A stretch of DNA of 62,832 bases from Bacteroidales bacterium (GCA_007118135.1 SKSE01000083.1:1-62832); one strand, 5' to 3'. Numbered from the stretch's first letter, positions 48,325-58,321 are shown. The notes: generated from the sequence alone by a model not told the origin. Made by a program: numbers and translations.

Positions 48325-50703
48325 TTAATTTTGTCTCTGCATTTCCCTGATTTTTTTCCTGAGATTATCTATCTCATCTTTATATTGTTCAGCCTGATTT
48401 TTACTTTCAGTAATATTATAGGCAATTTTAAATATCTTATAAACATTTCCATTCTCATTAAGGATAGGAGCATAGGTTTCATCGAGCCAGAATATGGTAC
48501 CTTTTATATCTAATTTTACCCTTTGACTTTTTATTTTACCATTCAGTAAATCATCCCAGAAGCGGTCGTAGTTTTCTTTTTGTTCAGGAGTAAAAATGAG
48601 TTTATCAGAATGATGGGTACCAATTACATCTTTGCGTGTTAATTGCAGCAATCTGAGATAAGAATCGGAAATATTTATAATTTTTTTCTGAAGGTCATAC
48701 TCTATGGTATAGCTTGATGAATCAAGTGCATTTAAAATGCCTTGCATTTCGGCTGCCTTTCGTGCAATTTCTTCCTGTGTGGCATTGAGTTCTTCCATGT
48801 TTTGACGCATTTCTTCTTCCTGGGCTTTCATTTCCTCAGCCTGTTGCTGGGATATCTCAAGCAAGGCAGCAGTTTTTAAATTAATTTTCATGGAGGCAAC
48901 AGTAGCAGCAAGACTTTCACCAATCTTTTCAATGAATTCAATCTGATAAGGTTTAAACTCATTGAACGTAGCCACCTCAATGATTCCATAAACCTTTTCA
49001 TTATACCGCAAGGGTACAATTATCAAAGCATTTGGGTTTTCATCCCCTAAACCGGATGTAATTCTGATATAGGACTTCGGAATATCAGTCATGTAAATAC
49101 TTTTACCTTCAAGGTAACAGGTTCCCACCAGACCTTCACCGGGTTCAACTACTTTCTCATGGTATTTTTTCCTGTCGTAGGCATAACAACCCTTCAACTC
49201 AAGGTATTTATGATGTTCATCCTCATCATTAAGAATAAAAAGTCCACCCTGGTTGGCATCAAGATATTTCACCAGATTACGTATAACTTCAAATGACAAT
49301 TCTTCAAGATTATCATCATAAATACGCAATATCTCTGCAAACTTTGCGTATCCTTCAGTTGCCCAATTACGGATTTTTGTTTCTTCCTGGCGATTTTTTT
49401 CTTCTTCTCTGGCTGTTTTAAGGTCATTCTGCATTTCCTGCATGGATTGTCCCAACACATCATCATCACTTAAAAGTTGTAATTTAGTATCAAGTTTACC
49501 TTTACCTATTTCTGATGCAAATTCGGTTTTTTCAAGTAGGCCTGTAATAGAAGTATTGAATGCCTCTGCCATTTCCTGCAATTCATCGTTGGTAGAAATA
49601 TCAAGACTCATAGATTTATCAATTTGCCCTTTGGCAAGCTTTTTCATTAAACCGGTAATTTTCCTTATGGGTTTTGATATTTTCTGAGCCAGTATAGAAA
49701 TCACAAACCCAATAATCAGCAACCCGGTAAGACCAATCAGGATAGAAATAATAAAATGGATTCGGGCTTCTTCACGAATATGCTTAATGGGCACTGCCAT
49801 ACCCATTGACCAGGGAGTTTCTGTTTCACCAACCAATATGGGTGCAAAAGAGTAATAATAGTATTCTTTTTTTTCTCTGTTACTGGTAAAACTGAATGCT
49901 TCACCCCGGCTTATCCTTTCCATAATCCGGTGCTCTTCATTATCATTCTGAAGATTTGTAGTTAAGGGCTGTTCAAGATAGTTTGTTAAAGGATGAGCTG
50001 CATACAATCCCTTATTTGATACCAGAAAAGCATATGAATCATCAAAGGGGTTGATATCAGATATCATATCCTGCAGGCGGGCCAGGGTAATGTCAAGTCC
50101 AACCAGTCCAATAAATTTATTGTTATGAAACATAGGAACGGTAAAGGTTGTCATCAGGGTTGTACCCGTAGCACCTTGTTCAAGTTGGTCAGGGTATGGT
50201 TCCCAAATCATTTCCCTGCCTGAATTTTTGGCCATGGCATATAAAGGAGGGTCGCCTTCCACGCTGCGCTCCAGCTCCTGATAACCAATTTCACCATTTT
50301 TACGGAAATGATAATTAAGGAAACGACCATGGGGCAATTTCCAATCTGGGTCAATGTGTGAATATTCCCAGCTATCCCATAATGCATAAAAGTGTGGGTT
50401 GTTTTCAAAAACCTTTCTGTACATTTTTACAAACAACGGATTCCAGCTGTTTTGCGGCATTTCCTTATGCACATCAAAAATCTGTGACAGGGTGCGAACC
50501 ACCGCCATATCTTCATTAAATGAATTACTGATGTTTTCAGCATAATGGGCAGCATAGCCGTTTACTATTTCTGAAGTATCGCGAAGTGCCCGTTCACGAT
50601 TCTTTAAACTGATATAGCCGATTGCTGCTGCAAAAACTGCTACAGAAAGAAATAATACATAAAACTGTAGCTTTTGACCGATTTTCAGGTTTTTCATTTT
50701 CAC
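48325..50703 (-). CDS. Membrane sensor protein: Cache - TM - HAMP - GAF - coiled coil - PAS, with no recognisable output domain
   Basis: N-terminal TM, a periplasmic Cache-like region and a second TM. Then HAMP (PIRKITGLMKKLAKGQID...ELQEMAEAFN), GAF (GGLFILNDED...GEGLVGTCYLEGKSIYMTDIP...IIVPL), the coiled coil EEMRQNMEELNATQEEI and a PAS-like end. Confidence 0.7.
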   Translation of the reverse strand: MKMKNLKIGQKLQFYVLFLSVAVFAAAIGYISLKNRERALRDTSEIVNGYAAHYAENISNSFNEDMAVVRTLSQIFDVHKEMPQNSWNPLFVKMYRKVFENNPHFYALWDSWEYSHIDPDWKLPHGRFLNYHFRKNGEIGYQELERSVEGDPPLYAMAKNSGREMIWEPYPDQLEQGATGTTLMTTFTVPMFHNNKFIGLVGLDITLARLQDMISDINPFDDSYAFLVSNKGLYAAHPLTNYLEQPLTTNLQNDNEEHRIMERISRGEAFSFTSNREKKEYYYYSFAPILVGETETPWSMGMAVPIKHIREEARIHFIISILIGLTGLLIIGFVISILAQKISKPIRKITGLMKKLAKGQIDKSMSLDISTNDELQEMAEAFNTSITGLLEKTEFASEIGKGKLDTKLQLLSDDDVLGQSMQEMQNDLKTAREEEKNRQEETKIRNWATEGYAKFAEILRIYDDNLEELSFEVIRNLVKYLDANQGGLFILNDEDEHHKYLELKGCYAYDRKKYHEKVVEPGEGLVGTCYLEGKSIYMTDIPKSYIRITSGLGDENPNALIIVPLRYNEKVYGIIEVATFNEFKPYQIEFIEKIGESLAATVASMKINLKTAALLEISQQQAEEMKAQEEEMRQNMEELNATQEEIARKAAEMQGILNALDSSSYTIEYDLQKKIINISDSYLRLLQLTRKDVIGTHHSDKLIFTPEQKENYDRFWDDLLNGKIKSQRVKLDIKGTIFWLDETYAPILNENGNVYKIFKIAYNITESKNQAEQYKDEIDNLRKKIREMQRQN

Positions 50704-50948
50704 AGTTACAGATTTTTAGTAGGGAAAAAGATTTATGTGGAAAACTCTTATTGTCATATACGTAGTTTTGATAAACAGGTTTTTCTTCATACAAAAACCA
50801 GGTAAATATACATCACTTTCGCATTTGAGATATACCTTTGACAGAAAGCAAATTAGGGATAGAAAGAAAAGATAAACCAATACAAATGATTATACTTCAA
50901 CGGCCATAAAAATTCACATTAAACCGTAAAAAAGTTATAAACATCATT

Positions 50949-51791
50949 TCAGGCTTTATTTGAATTAAGAAGGTCAATAAGAAGAGATGAGATTTTATGA
51001 TAATACCGTTTGTATTCAAACCCTTTTAACCATTGTACACCGCTAATTGTATTTGACAAAAACACTTCATCAACATCCAGAAGGTCTTCAGGTAAAAGAG
51101 AACACTCATAAACACTGTATCCTGCGGTGGAGAGCAGTTCAAGGATTACTCCCCTCATTACACCTTCTACACAACCCTGATTTAAGTCGGGGGTATAGAT
51201 GCTGTTTTCCTTTACTGCAAAAACATTTGAACTGGTAGCTTCGGCAATAAAGCCTTCAGAATTGAGTATGAGGGCATCATTCCAGCCCTGCTCACGGGCA
51301 TATACGGAAGCCAGAATGTAAATCAGGGCATTGGAACTTTTAATGTTACTTAAAAGATTGGAAGGTTTTCTGATTTCATTAAAAACACCTGCCATCAAAC
51401 CATCTTTGTTCAATTGATATTTTTCGTTCTCCAACGGAAGGGATTCAATCAGAAAGCCCGACTTGTCATCATCGGGCCTGTAAAACCCAGTGGCATCTCG
51501 ATATATGCTCAATCGCACACGGGCTCCGGCTATATAACCATTTGCTTCCAGCAATTCGGATATTTTCTCAGAAAAAAACTCCACATCTGCGTATTCTGGT
51601 AATCTGAACTTCAGGATACGGGCAGATTTTGATATGCGTTCATAGTGTTGCAGCATCCATAAAGGTTTGCCCTGAGCACAACGGATGGTTTCGAAAAAAC
51701 CATCACCATACCGAAACGCCCGGTTATGATATGGGATAGAAAAACCTGCATCCGGAATCAGATCTCCGTTGTAATTCAGATAGTTGTTCAT
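50949..51791 (-). CDS. Class IV aminotransferase family protein (aminodeoxychorismate lyase / branched-chain-type)
   Basis: RAFRYGDGFFETIR, a conserved Lys region (IKSSNALIYILA), EATSSNVF and EGVMR are fold-type IV PLP motifs. Confidence 0.7.
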   Translation of the reverse strand: MNNYLNYNGDLIPDAGFSIPYHNRAFRYGDGFFETIRCAQGKPLWMLQHYERISKSARILKFRLPEYADVEFFSEKISELLEANGYIAGARVRLSIYRDATGFYRPDDDKSGFLIESLPLENEKYQLNKDGLMAGVFNEIRKPSNLLSNIKSSNALIYILASVYAREQGWNDALILNSEGFIAEATSSNVFAVKENSIYTPDLNQGCVEGVMRGVILELLSTAGYSVYECSLLPEDLLDVDEVFLSNTISGVQWLKGFEYKRYYHKISSLLIDLLNSNKA

Positions 51792-51798
51792 CTTACAG

Positions 51799-52410
51799 TT
51801 AGCCTAAAATATTTCTGAAAAAATCGGGCAAAAAGGAAGGATTAAGTGCTATGGTAAATACCACGCCAAAAACTGCTCCCCAGAAGTGGGCATCGTGGCC
51901 TATGTTATCTCTGCCCTGTTTTGCCATGTACGCCGAATAAACCAGATAGAGAATGCCGAAGATCCACGCGGGAATGGGAAACGGGAGAAAAAGAAATATA
52001 ATGGTTCCCTGCGGAAACATCAAAATACTAGAGAATAGTACAGCCGCTACTGCTCCACTGGCACCAACAGCATTGTAAAAGTCATTGTTTTTGTGTTTGC
52101 CATAGGATGGCAAAGTGGAAAACAAGATTCCTCCCACATAAAGTAATAAAAAGTACAATGTTGCCAATGGTCCGAAATGGATAATGAAAAGCCGCTCTAC
52201 CATAGTACCGAAAGACCATAATACAAACATATTAATGAGTAGGTGCATCCAGTCGGCATGTATTAATCCATAGGTAAAAAAACGGTGCCACTGCCGGTTG
52301 TGATGTATCAGATAAGCATTGAACTTCATTTGATAAAATGCAGGGGCATTGTTAAATGCAATAAAAGATGTAATGGCTGTAATGATTATAATAATGATTG
52401 TCAGACTCAT
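51799..52410 (-). CDS. Rhomboid family intramembrane serine protease
   Basis: LIHADWMHLLINMFVLWSFG, GASGAV (catalytic Ser) and HDAHFWGAVFG (catalytic His). Confidence 0.85.
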   Translation of the reverse strand: MSLTIIIIIITAITSFIAFNNAPAFYQMKFNAYLIHHNRQWHRFFTYGLIHADWMHLLINMFVLWSFGTMVERLFIIHFGPLATLYFLLLYVGGILFSTLPSYGKHKNNDFYNAVGASGAVAAVLFSSILMFPQGTIIFLFLPFPIPAWIFGILYLVYSAYMAKQGRDNIGHDAHFWGAVFGVVFTIALNPSFLPDFFRNILG

Positions 52411-52526
52411 AATTTGAATAATTTAATTTGCAAACCTAAGTTTTTTTCGTCAAATGAAAGAGATGAATCACTTCAAAACATTAATTTTGCCCTTTCGGGA
52501 ACTGGTTTTAGAAAAGAAAAACACTA

Positions 52527-53177
52527 ATGCGATTATCGGAAATTGACACCATACTCTGGGACTGGAACGGAACCCTGCTAAACGACATGAATCTTTGCAT
52601 CAGAAGCATGAATAAGCTTTTGAAAAAGCGTCGGTTGCCCCTGCTCTGCCCCGACAGGTATCTGCAGGTTTTTACTTTTCCCGTTAAGGAATACTATAGT
52701 CAACTGGGATTCGATTTTAACAAAGAACCCTTCGAGATACCCGCAGAGGAATTCATTGTGCATTATAATGAAGGTATCAGTCAGGTTCCGCTTTTTAATG
52801 ATGCAGTTGACATCCTAACCTGGTTCAGAAACCTGGGTAAGCAACAGTATATTATTTCTGCAATGGAGCATGATGCACTTATGCAGTCTGTAAAAGAACG
52901 TAATATTCTGGATTATTTCCACAAAGTAACGGGCATCAGCGATAATCTGGCCTTCGGAAAAATCACTATTGCAAAGCAATTGATAATGGAACAGAATATT
53001 AATGTTTCCCGCAGTTTATTTATAGGTGATACCACTCATGATGCCGAAGTAGCGCAGGATATAAAAGTAAAAAACCTGCTCATATCAAGAGGGCATCAGC
53101 ATTATGAAAGACTTAAAAAAACAGGGAATCCGGTAATGTACTCCCTGTCTGATATTATTAATTTCCTTGAAAAATAA
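52527..53177 (+). CDS. HAD-superfamily hydrolase (phosphoglycolate-phosphatase-like subfamily IA)
   Basis: Motif I ILWDWNGTLLND (DxN variant), motif II ISAM and motif IV FIGDTTHD. Confidence 0.7.
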   Translation: MRLSEIDTILWDWNGTLLNDMNLCIRSMNKLLKKRRLPLLCPDRYLQVFTFPVKEYYSQLGFDFNKEPFEIPAEEFIVHYNEGISQVPLFNDAVDILTWFRNLGKQQYIISAMEHDALMQSVKERNILDYFHKVTGISDNLAFGKITIAKQLIMEQNINVSRSLFIGDTTHDAEVAQDIKVKNLLISRGHQHYERLKKTGNPVMYSLSDIINFLEK

Positions 53178-53190
53178 GTCTTGCACTAAC

Positions 53191-54804
53191 TTATTTGAAT
53201 TTAACCTTTAACTTGTCAAAAGTGTCATCCTGAATGATTTCAAGTGCTCGCAGGTATGCTTCATCACTTTGCATTCTCACTTGCACAAAAGCACTAAAAT
53301 CCCATAGGCTTCGGGCAATTAAAGCTTTTAGCTGATTTTCCATAAACTCGTCTCTAACACCTATTTCATCATCATCTCTTTCAATTCCCTGGCTGGACGC
53401 ATGATAATATAGTCTTTCAAGTAAATTATCATTAACACTGAAATTAGCAAGATAATTTTCCACGTTAGAATAGGTTCTCAGTAAATGTTCACGGTTTTCA
53501 TTGGCATACTCTATACTGAAAGTATTTATTGCACCGGAACGAAGCAATTTACTGTAATAAGAAGAAACCCTGTTGGTATCGATGGGAATAAAAAAGTCGG
53601 GCATTATACCACCACCTCCATATACTTCCCTGTTATTCAGCTTAGTGAAATACCTCAGAGAGTCAGGAAACTTAATGTTTTCGGCACTAACCAATTCGCC
53701 TGATCTGAGTCTTTCGCTCAAATCCAGGTAGTAAGATTCAGTTCCCTCTTCGTAAGGTTTCTGTATACTTCTGCCCGTAGGGGTATGATAACGCGCGGTA
53801 GTCAGCCTGATTGCACTTCCGTCTGGAAGTTCAAAAGGTCTCTGCACTAAACCTTTGCCAAAGGAGCGACGACCCACCAGAAGGCCTCTGTCCCAATCCT
53901 GCACTGCACCGGCTACAATTTCGCTGGCCGATGCACTTCCTTCATTAATAAGCACTACCAGTTTCCCGGTTTTAAAGTTACCGGCATTGGTAGATTTGAA
54001 TTCTTGCTTGGGACTTGCATTTCCTTCAGTGTAAACGATTATCCTGTTTCTTTCAAGAAATTGATCAGCAAGATCAATTGCAACATCCAGGAATCCACCT
54101 GAGTTGTAATTCAGATCCAGTATAAGATGTATAGCACCCTGCGCCATCAGATCTCTGAGTGCATCGCGAAACTCGCGCATGGTAGTGCGGGAGAAACGGT
54201 TAAGCTTAATGTAACCAATCTGCGGAGTAGCCATAAAAGCTGCATCAAGGGAGTTGATAGGTATCTGATCGCGGGTAATGGTAAAATCCAGAATCTGAGA
54301 AACACCTCGCCGGTGTATACCTACATCCACCCTGGTACCGCGTTCTCCACGCAGGCGTTGCATTACAAAATTATTGGTGACATTACTTCCCGTTGATCTC
54401 TCACCATCAATGGTAACAATTTTGTCGCCAGGTAATATACCCACCTTTTCGCTAGGTCCGCCAGGCACAGGAGATACCACCACAATGGTATCGTTAATAA
54501 TATTGAACTGTACTCCAATACCATCAAAACTGCCCAGAAGAGGTTCATTAGCTTCGCGCAGTTCATCAGCAGAAAGATAAACCGAATGAGGATCCAGTTC
54601 GCGAAGCATACCACGTATGGCATCTTCAACCAATTTACCGTCATCAACAGGATCAACATAGGCAAAATTTACTATTCTTAATGCTCTGAGAAACTTTTCT
54701 GTGGCATCAGGCGAGCTTTGTGCATATAAACCTGTAAATGTTACAGATATAAGAACAATGAAAGAAAGGCTTTTAAAAAATATTTGCAGTTTTTTCAAAT
54801 ACAT
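53191..54804 (-). CDS. S41 family C-terminal processing (tail-specific) peptidase
   Basis: PDZ region (GIGV...GGPSEKVGILPGDKIVTIDG), catalytic-region GSASASEI and the GRRSFGKGLVQ motif. A signal peptide is present. Confidence 0.88.
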   Translation of the reverse strand: MYLKKLQIFFKSLSFIVLISVTFTGLYAQSSPDATEKFLRALRIVNFAYVDPVDDGKLVEDAIRGMLRELDPHSVYLSADELREANEPLLGSFDGIGVQFNIINDTIVVVSPVPGGPSEKVGILPGDKIVTIDGERSTGSNVTNNFVMQRLRGERGTRVDVGIHRRGVSQILDFTITRDQIPINSLDAAFMATPQIGYIKLNRFSRTTMREFRDALRDLMAQGAIHLILDLNYNSGGFLDVAIDLADQFLERNRIIVYTEGNASPKQEFKSTNAGNFKTGKLVVLINEGSASASEIVAGAVQDWDRGLLVGRRSFGKGLVQRPFELPDGSAIRLTTARYHTPTGRSIQKPYEEGTESYYLDLSERLRSGELVSAENIKFPDSLRYFTKLNNREVYGGGGIMPDFFIPIDTNRVSSYYSKLLRSGAINTFSIEYANENREHLLRTYSNVENYLANFSVNDNLLERLYYHASSQGIERDDDEIGVRDEFMENQLKALIARSLWDFSAFVQVRMQSDEAYLRALEIIQDDTFDKLKVKFK

Positions 54805-55153
54805 CGGATATGTTTGTTTATTAGAATTCAGTATATAATAGTTTCAAAAAAATGTTGTTATAACAGATGAAATCAGAATAGAAGTATTTTTCCGATTATA
54901 AAGTCTATGAATAAACCCCTGTCATCAGATTTTGTTTATCAGGCATTTATAGCTAAACGAACAAAAGTAGCCAAAAGACATAAACTCAACCTGATTTATT
55001 GTGTAAAAAAAACATAAAAGACCGGAAAGAACATGATTAATGGAATAATAAACAGGTATTTCCAAATTTTCTTTTCATGAAAAGATTGTACTTTTATACC
55101 CTGCTCAAAAAGTATAACTAACAGCAAATTAAATTATATCCACATCAATATTA

Positions 55154-55936
55154 ATGAGTACCGAAGTAAAGAAATCAATCAGTGCATTTCTGTATCCAGC
55201 CATTTATGTGTCGGTGCTTTGGCTTATTCAAATTTTTCAGACTTTCCTTGATTTGGACTTTCGCAACATGGGGGTATATCCGCTTACATTTTCAGGTTTG
55301 CAGGGTATCATCTTTTCTCCACTTATACATTCGGGCTATGATCATTTGATTTCAAATACTTTTCCTTTGTTGGTACTAGGTACTGCATTGTTTTATTTTT
55401 ACCGGGAACTGGGCCTTCGTATTACATTATTTTCGTGGCTTATAAGTGGTATATGGGTTTGGGTATTTGCACGTCCGGCTTACCATATTGGTGCCAGTGG
55501 TATCATTTATGCCTGGGCTGCATTCCTTTTTGTTAGCGGTGTAATTCGCAGACATCCCAGACTTATGGCCCTATCATTACTGGTAGCATTTTTATACGGC
55601 AGCATGGTTTGGGGAATATTTCCTTTACGTGAAAGAGTTTCATGGGAAGGGCACCTGATGGGTATGCTTTCGGGAATTATTCTGGCTTTGTTTTACCGCG
55701 AAACCGGCCCGCAACGCAAAGTATATTCATGGGAACTGGAAAATGAAGAAGATGATGAAGAGTACGATCCTGATAATCCCCCCTACTGGATGAAACCTAC
55801 TGCATCAGGTCAAGGGCATCTGACCGGAAAATACCCGGATACGTCAAAAAGTAAATCTTCAAAAACGGAGGATAATCAATTGCGTGTGCGTTATCATATT
55901 ACGCCGGGAAAAGGCAAAAGAGATAAGGAAGTGTAA
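55154..55936 (+). CDS. Rhomboid family intramembrane protease with a charged C-terminal tail
   Basis: HSGYDHLISNTFPLLVLG, GASGIIYA (Ser) and EGHLMGMLSG (His). The C-terminal ~70 aa are acidic, then basic. Confidence 0.8.
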   Translation: MSTEVKKSISAFLYPAIYVSVLWLIQIFQTFLDLDFRNMGVYPLTFSGLQGIIFSPLIHSGYDHLISNTFPLLVLGTALFYFYRELGLRITLFSWLISGIWVWVFARPAYHIGASGIIYAWAAFLFVSGVIRRHPRLMALSLLVAFLYGSMVWGIFPLRERVSWEGHLMGMLSGIILALFYRETGPQRKVYSWELENEEDDEEYDPDNPPYWMKPTASGQGHLTGKYPDTSKSKSSKTEDNQLRVRYHITPGKGKRDKEV

Positions 55937-55967
55937 ATTCGAAGCACGAATATCGAAGCTCTAAACA

Positions 55968-56034
55968 TTTCAACTTTTCAACCCCTCAACTTTTTAACTC
56001 TTCAACTTTTCAACTTATTAACCCAGCAACCAAC
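55968..56034. repeat. Degenerate octanucleotide array (TTCAACTT-like), YAAC phased every 8 nt, about 8 copies
   Basis: caac/taac starts at 55971, 55979, 55987, 55995, 56003, 56011, 56019 and 56027. The array fills the gap between the convergent rhomboid and smpB stops. Confidence 0.8.
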
Positions 56035-56481
56035 TTAAAACCCACTTCTCTCCAAATCCCTCTTAGTATCTTTCTGCTTGAGTGTTTCGCGCTTGTCGTA
56101 AAGTTTTTTCCCTTTTCCAAGGGCAATTTCCAGCTTGGCAAGGCCTTTTTCGTTGATAAAAAGAAAAGTGGGAATGAGAGTCAGGCCTTTTTCCTCCAAT
56201 TTAGATTTGAGCTTGCTAAGTTCCCGTTTGGTAAGAAGAAGCTTTCTTTCACGTTTGGGGTCGTGATTGTTATATGTGCCATAATCATACTCGGCAATGT
56301 GCATATTTCGCACAAACAATTCTTCACCTGAAAAAGCGCAATAAGCTTCGTTGATGCTGGCTTTGCCCCCACGGATCGATTTTATCTCAGTACCGGTCAG
56401 CACAATACCGGCAACAAATTTTTCAATGAGAAAATATTCAAATGAAGCCTTTTTGTTTTTTATTCTAACCGGATTTGCCAT
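56035..56481 (-). CDS. smpB: SsrA-binding protein
   Basis: [38 protein letters not shown], and the C-terminal basic tail [16 protein letters not shown], are the typical SmpB sequence. Confidence 0.92.
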   Translation of the reverse strand: MANPVRIKNKKASFEYFLIEKFVAGIVLTGTEIKSIRGGKASINEAYCAFSGEELFVRNMHIAEYDYGTYNNHDPKRERKLLLTKRELSKLKSKLEEKGLTLIPTFLFINEKGLAKLEIALGKGKKLYDKRETLKQKDTKRDLERSGF

Positions 56482-56634
56482 AACGCTAATTTGGGGGCAC
56501 GAAAGTACGAATTTTTCAGCAGAAACTGTAAAGCGATGCCCTGGAATTACAATCTCTATTGTCCCGAAAACTTTAAGATGTTAAGACACTGTTATAAAAT
56601 TTATATGTTTCGCTGCGCTGCAGCATTGGATTTG

Positions 56635-56656
56635 TGTAGCCAATTAATTGGCTACA
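56635..56656. repeat. Perfect 22-bp palindrome tgtagccaattaattggctaca
   Basis: Read directly: 11-bp arms with no spacer. It lies between the metallophosphoesterase stop and the smpB start. Confidence 0.85.
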
Positions 56657-56754
56657 AAGGTTTTGGCTGCTCTGCAGCTTTTTCTGGAGCTACAGGCATA
56701 CATTTCATTATTAAACGGACAACAATGAATTACAATAAGAAAAGCAGCATGGAA

Positions 56755-58008
56755 TTAATTCCCTTTCAGAGTAATAAGCGTAATTTCAGGTCTCATCCCC
56801 ATGCGACCGGGAAAACCAATAAATCCAAACCCACGGTTAATATAGAGAAACTGATCAGCTTCACGGTACAATCCATACCATTCATCATATTTTGCTGAAA
56901 CCGGACTCCACTTAAAAAATGGCAATCTAAACCCTGCCTGCATGGCATGTGTATGCCCCGACAATGTAAGCATAATCTGAGTTTCGGGTAAAACCTGTTC
57001 GCGCCAATGCGATGGATCATGCGAAAGTAAAATGGCATGGCGAAACCATGGATAATCCCCCAAAGCTTGCTCCAAATCTCCTAACTGGTGAAACGGTGGC
57101 AGGCCCCAGTTATCAACTCCTACAATCATTATGGAATCGTTACCACGATGTATAAAATTATGGTCATTGCGCAGGAGAGAAAACCCCATTTCCTCTTGTA
57201 TTTCCATTAAGCGTTCCAGGTTTGCATCACGTTCCTCAATGGTATACCATCGCCGGTAATCGCCCATATCATGATTGCCCAGTACCGAATACATCCCATA
57301 AGGTGGATTCAACCGTTGAAAGGCTTCAATAAACCTTTCTGCTTCCACTGCTTCGTTGTTTACCATATCGCCGGTAAACATAAGTGCATCCATGGGAAGC
57401 TTTTCAATTTTGCGCAGGGCACGCTCAACCGGCCTCTTACGGGCAAAGCTGCCAAAGTGCGTATCGGTAATATGCACAAAACGGAAACCATCAAATGATT
57501 CGGGCAAATCATCAATCTGAATTGTAACCTCCTTGACCTGAAAATTGAACCGACCGTATGTAATTCCATAAACCACCCATCCAAACATGAAAAGCGACAA
57601 GAAAAAACCAATGGTAAGCATTAAGGGGTAAGTGCGGATTGCTCTTTCCCTTCCTTTATCAAACCCTGACAAAATTTTACGCAAGACAAAAAGAAAAAGC
57701 AGCTTCAAATCATCCAGAATATTAAAAATCAGGAAAACCAACTTTGGAGCAAAAATTAATATGAATGCTCCGGTAATGTAAAAATAATTACGATACATCA
57801 CATAATCGGGCCACGAGCTGGTGCGGATAATTATGGTCCAAATGATAGCAAAGACAATAAAGCTGATGTCCATGATCCAGTAAGCCCGGAGAATTTTTTT
57901 TCGGTACTTTGAAAAAGGACCATGACGCAACAACTTCCGCAGACCATACCATCCATAAAAATCTGCAGCAAGAATAACAAGCAGGACAATTGAAAAGGCT
58001 AGAATCAT
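56755..58008 (-). CDS. Membrane-anchored metallophosphoesterase (calcineurin-like, YkuE-type)
   Basis: Four or five N-terminal TM helices, then VHITDTHFG, GDMVNN, GNHD and GHTH, the metallophosphoesterase motifs. Confidence 0.85.
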   Translation of the reverse strand: MILAFSIVLLVILAADFYGWYGLRKLLRHGPFSKYRKKILRAYWIMDISFIVFAIIWTIIIRTSSWPDYVMYRNYFYITGAFILIFAPKLVFLIFNILDDLKLLFLFVLRKILSGFDKGRERAIRTYPLMLTIGFFLSLFMFGWVVYGITYGRFNFQVKEVTIQIDDLPESFDGFRFVHITDTHFGSFARKRPVERALRKIEKLPMDALMFTGDMVNNEAVEAERFIEAFQRLNPPYGMYSVLGNHDMGDYRRWYTIEERDANLERLMEIQEEMGFSLLRNDHNFIHRGNDSIMIVGVDNWGLPPFHQLGDLEQALGDYPWFRHAILLSHDPSHWREQVLPETQIMLTLSGHTHAMQAGFRLPFFKWSPVSAKYDEWYGLYREADQFLYINRGFGFIGFPGRMGMRPEITLITLKGN

Positions 58009-58144
58009 TGCTTAATGTGAATAAGGATTGAGATGTACTTTATTCTGGTGATGAAACAGCAAGTTCAGGGCAATGTTCAAATAATGGGAAAGTTCTGATG
58101 GATTTAAGACTGCGGAGACGGAGAGACAGGGAGTTGCGCAGAGT

Positions 58145-58321
58145 ATTCTCAGGGTAGGACTTTACTTCGTTTCACCGCGGAGCCGCTGAGAACGTAGAGT
58201 ATTCTCCGGGTACGACTTTGGTTCGTGCCCGGAGTTTGCAGTTTAAGGGATTACATCCCTATTCTCCGGGTACGACTTTAAGTTCGTGCCCGGAGTTTAG
58301 AATTCAAGGGATTACATCCCT
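58145..58321. repeat. Tandem ~60-bp hairpin-containing repeat: two near-identical units plus one degenerate unit
   Basis: Units 58201-58260 and 58261-58321 both read attctccgggtacgacttt..gttcgtgcccggagttt...aagggattacatccct. Unit 58145-58200 starts attctcagggtaggactttacttcg. Each unit has two stem-loops. Confidence 0.85.

Noticed and set aside
52527-53177. HAD motif I reads DWNGT (Asn instead of the second Asp)
   Set aside because: Variants at the Asp+2 position are known in HAD subfamilies (for example DWAGT in phosphonatases). On its own this is not good evidence of inactivity or novelty.
56482-56754. tmRNA (ssrA) next to smpB, and the 135-aa ORF at 56491-56898
   Set aside because: I found no tRNA-Ala-like acceptor end (GGGGCUG...), no T-arm and no tag-peptide frame. 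The ORF overlaps the 3' end of the metallophosphoesterase gene on the opposite strand and looks like Cys/Phe-rich noise.
58145-58321. Possible CRISPR array
   Set aside because: The repeats abut directly with no unique spacers. There are only about 2.5 copies of ~60 bp (too long for CRISPR repeats), and no cas genes occur anywhere in the window.
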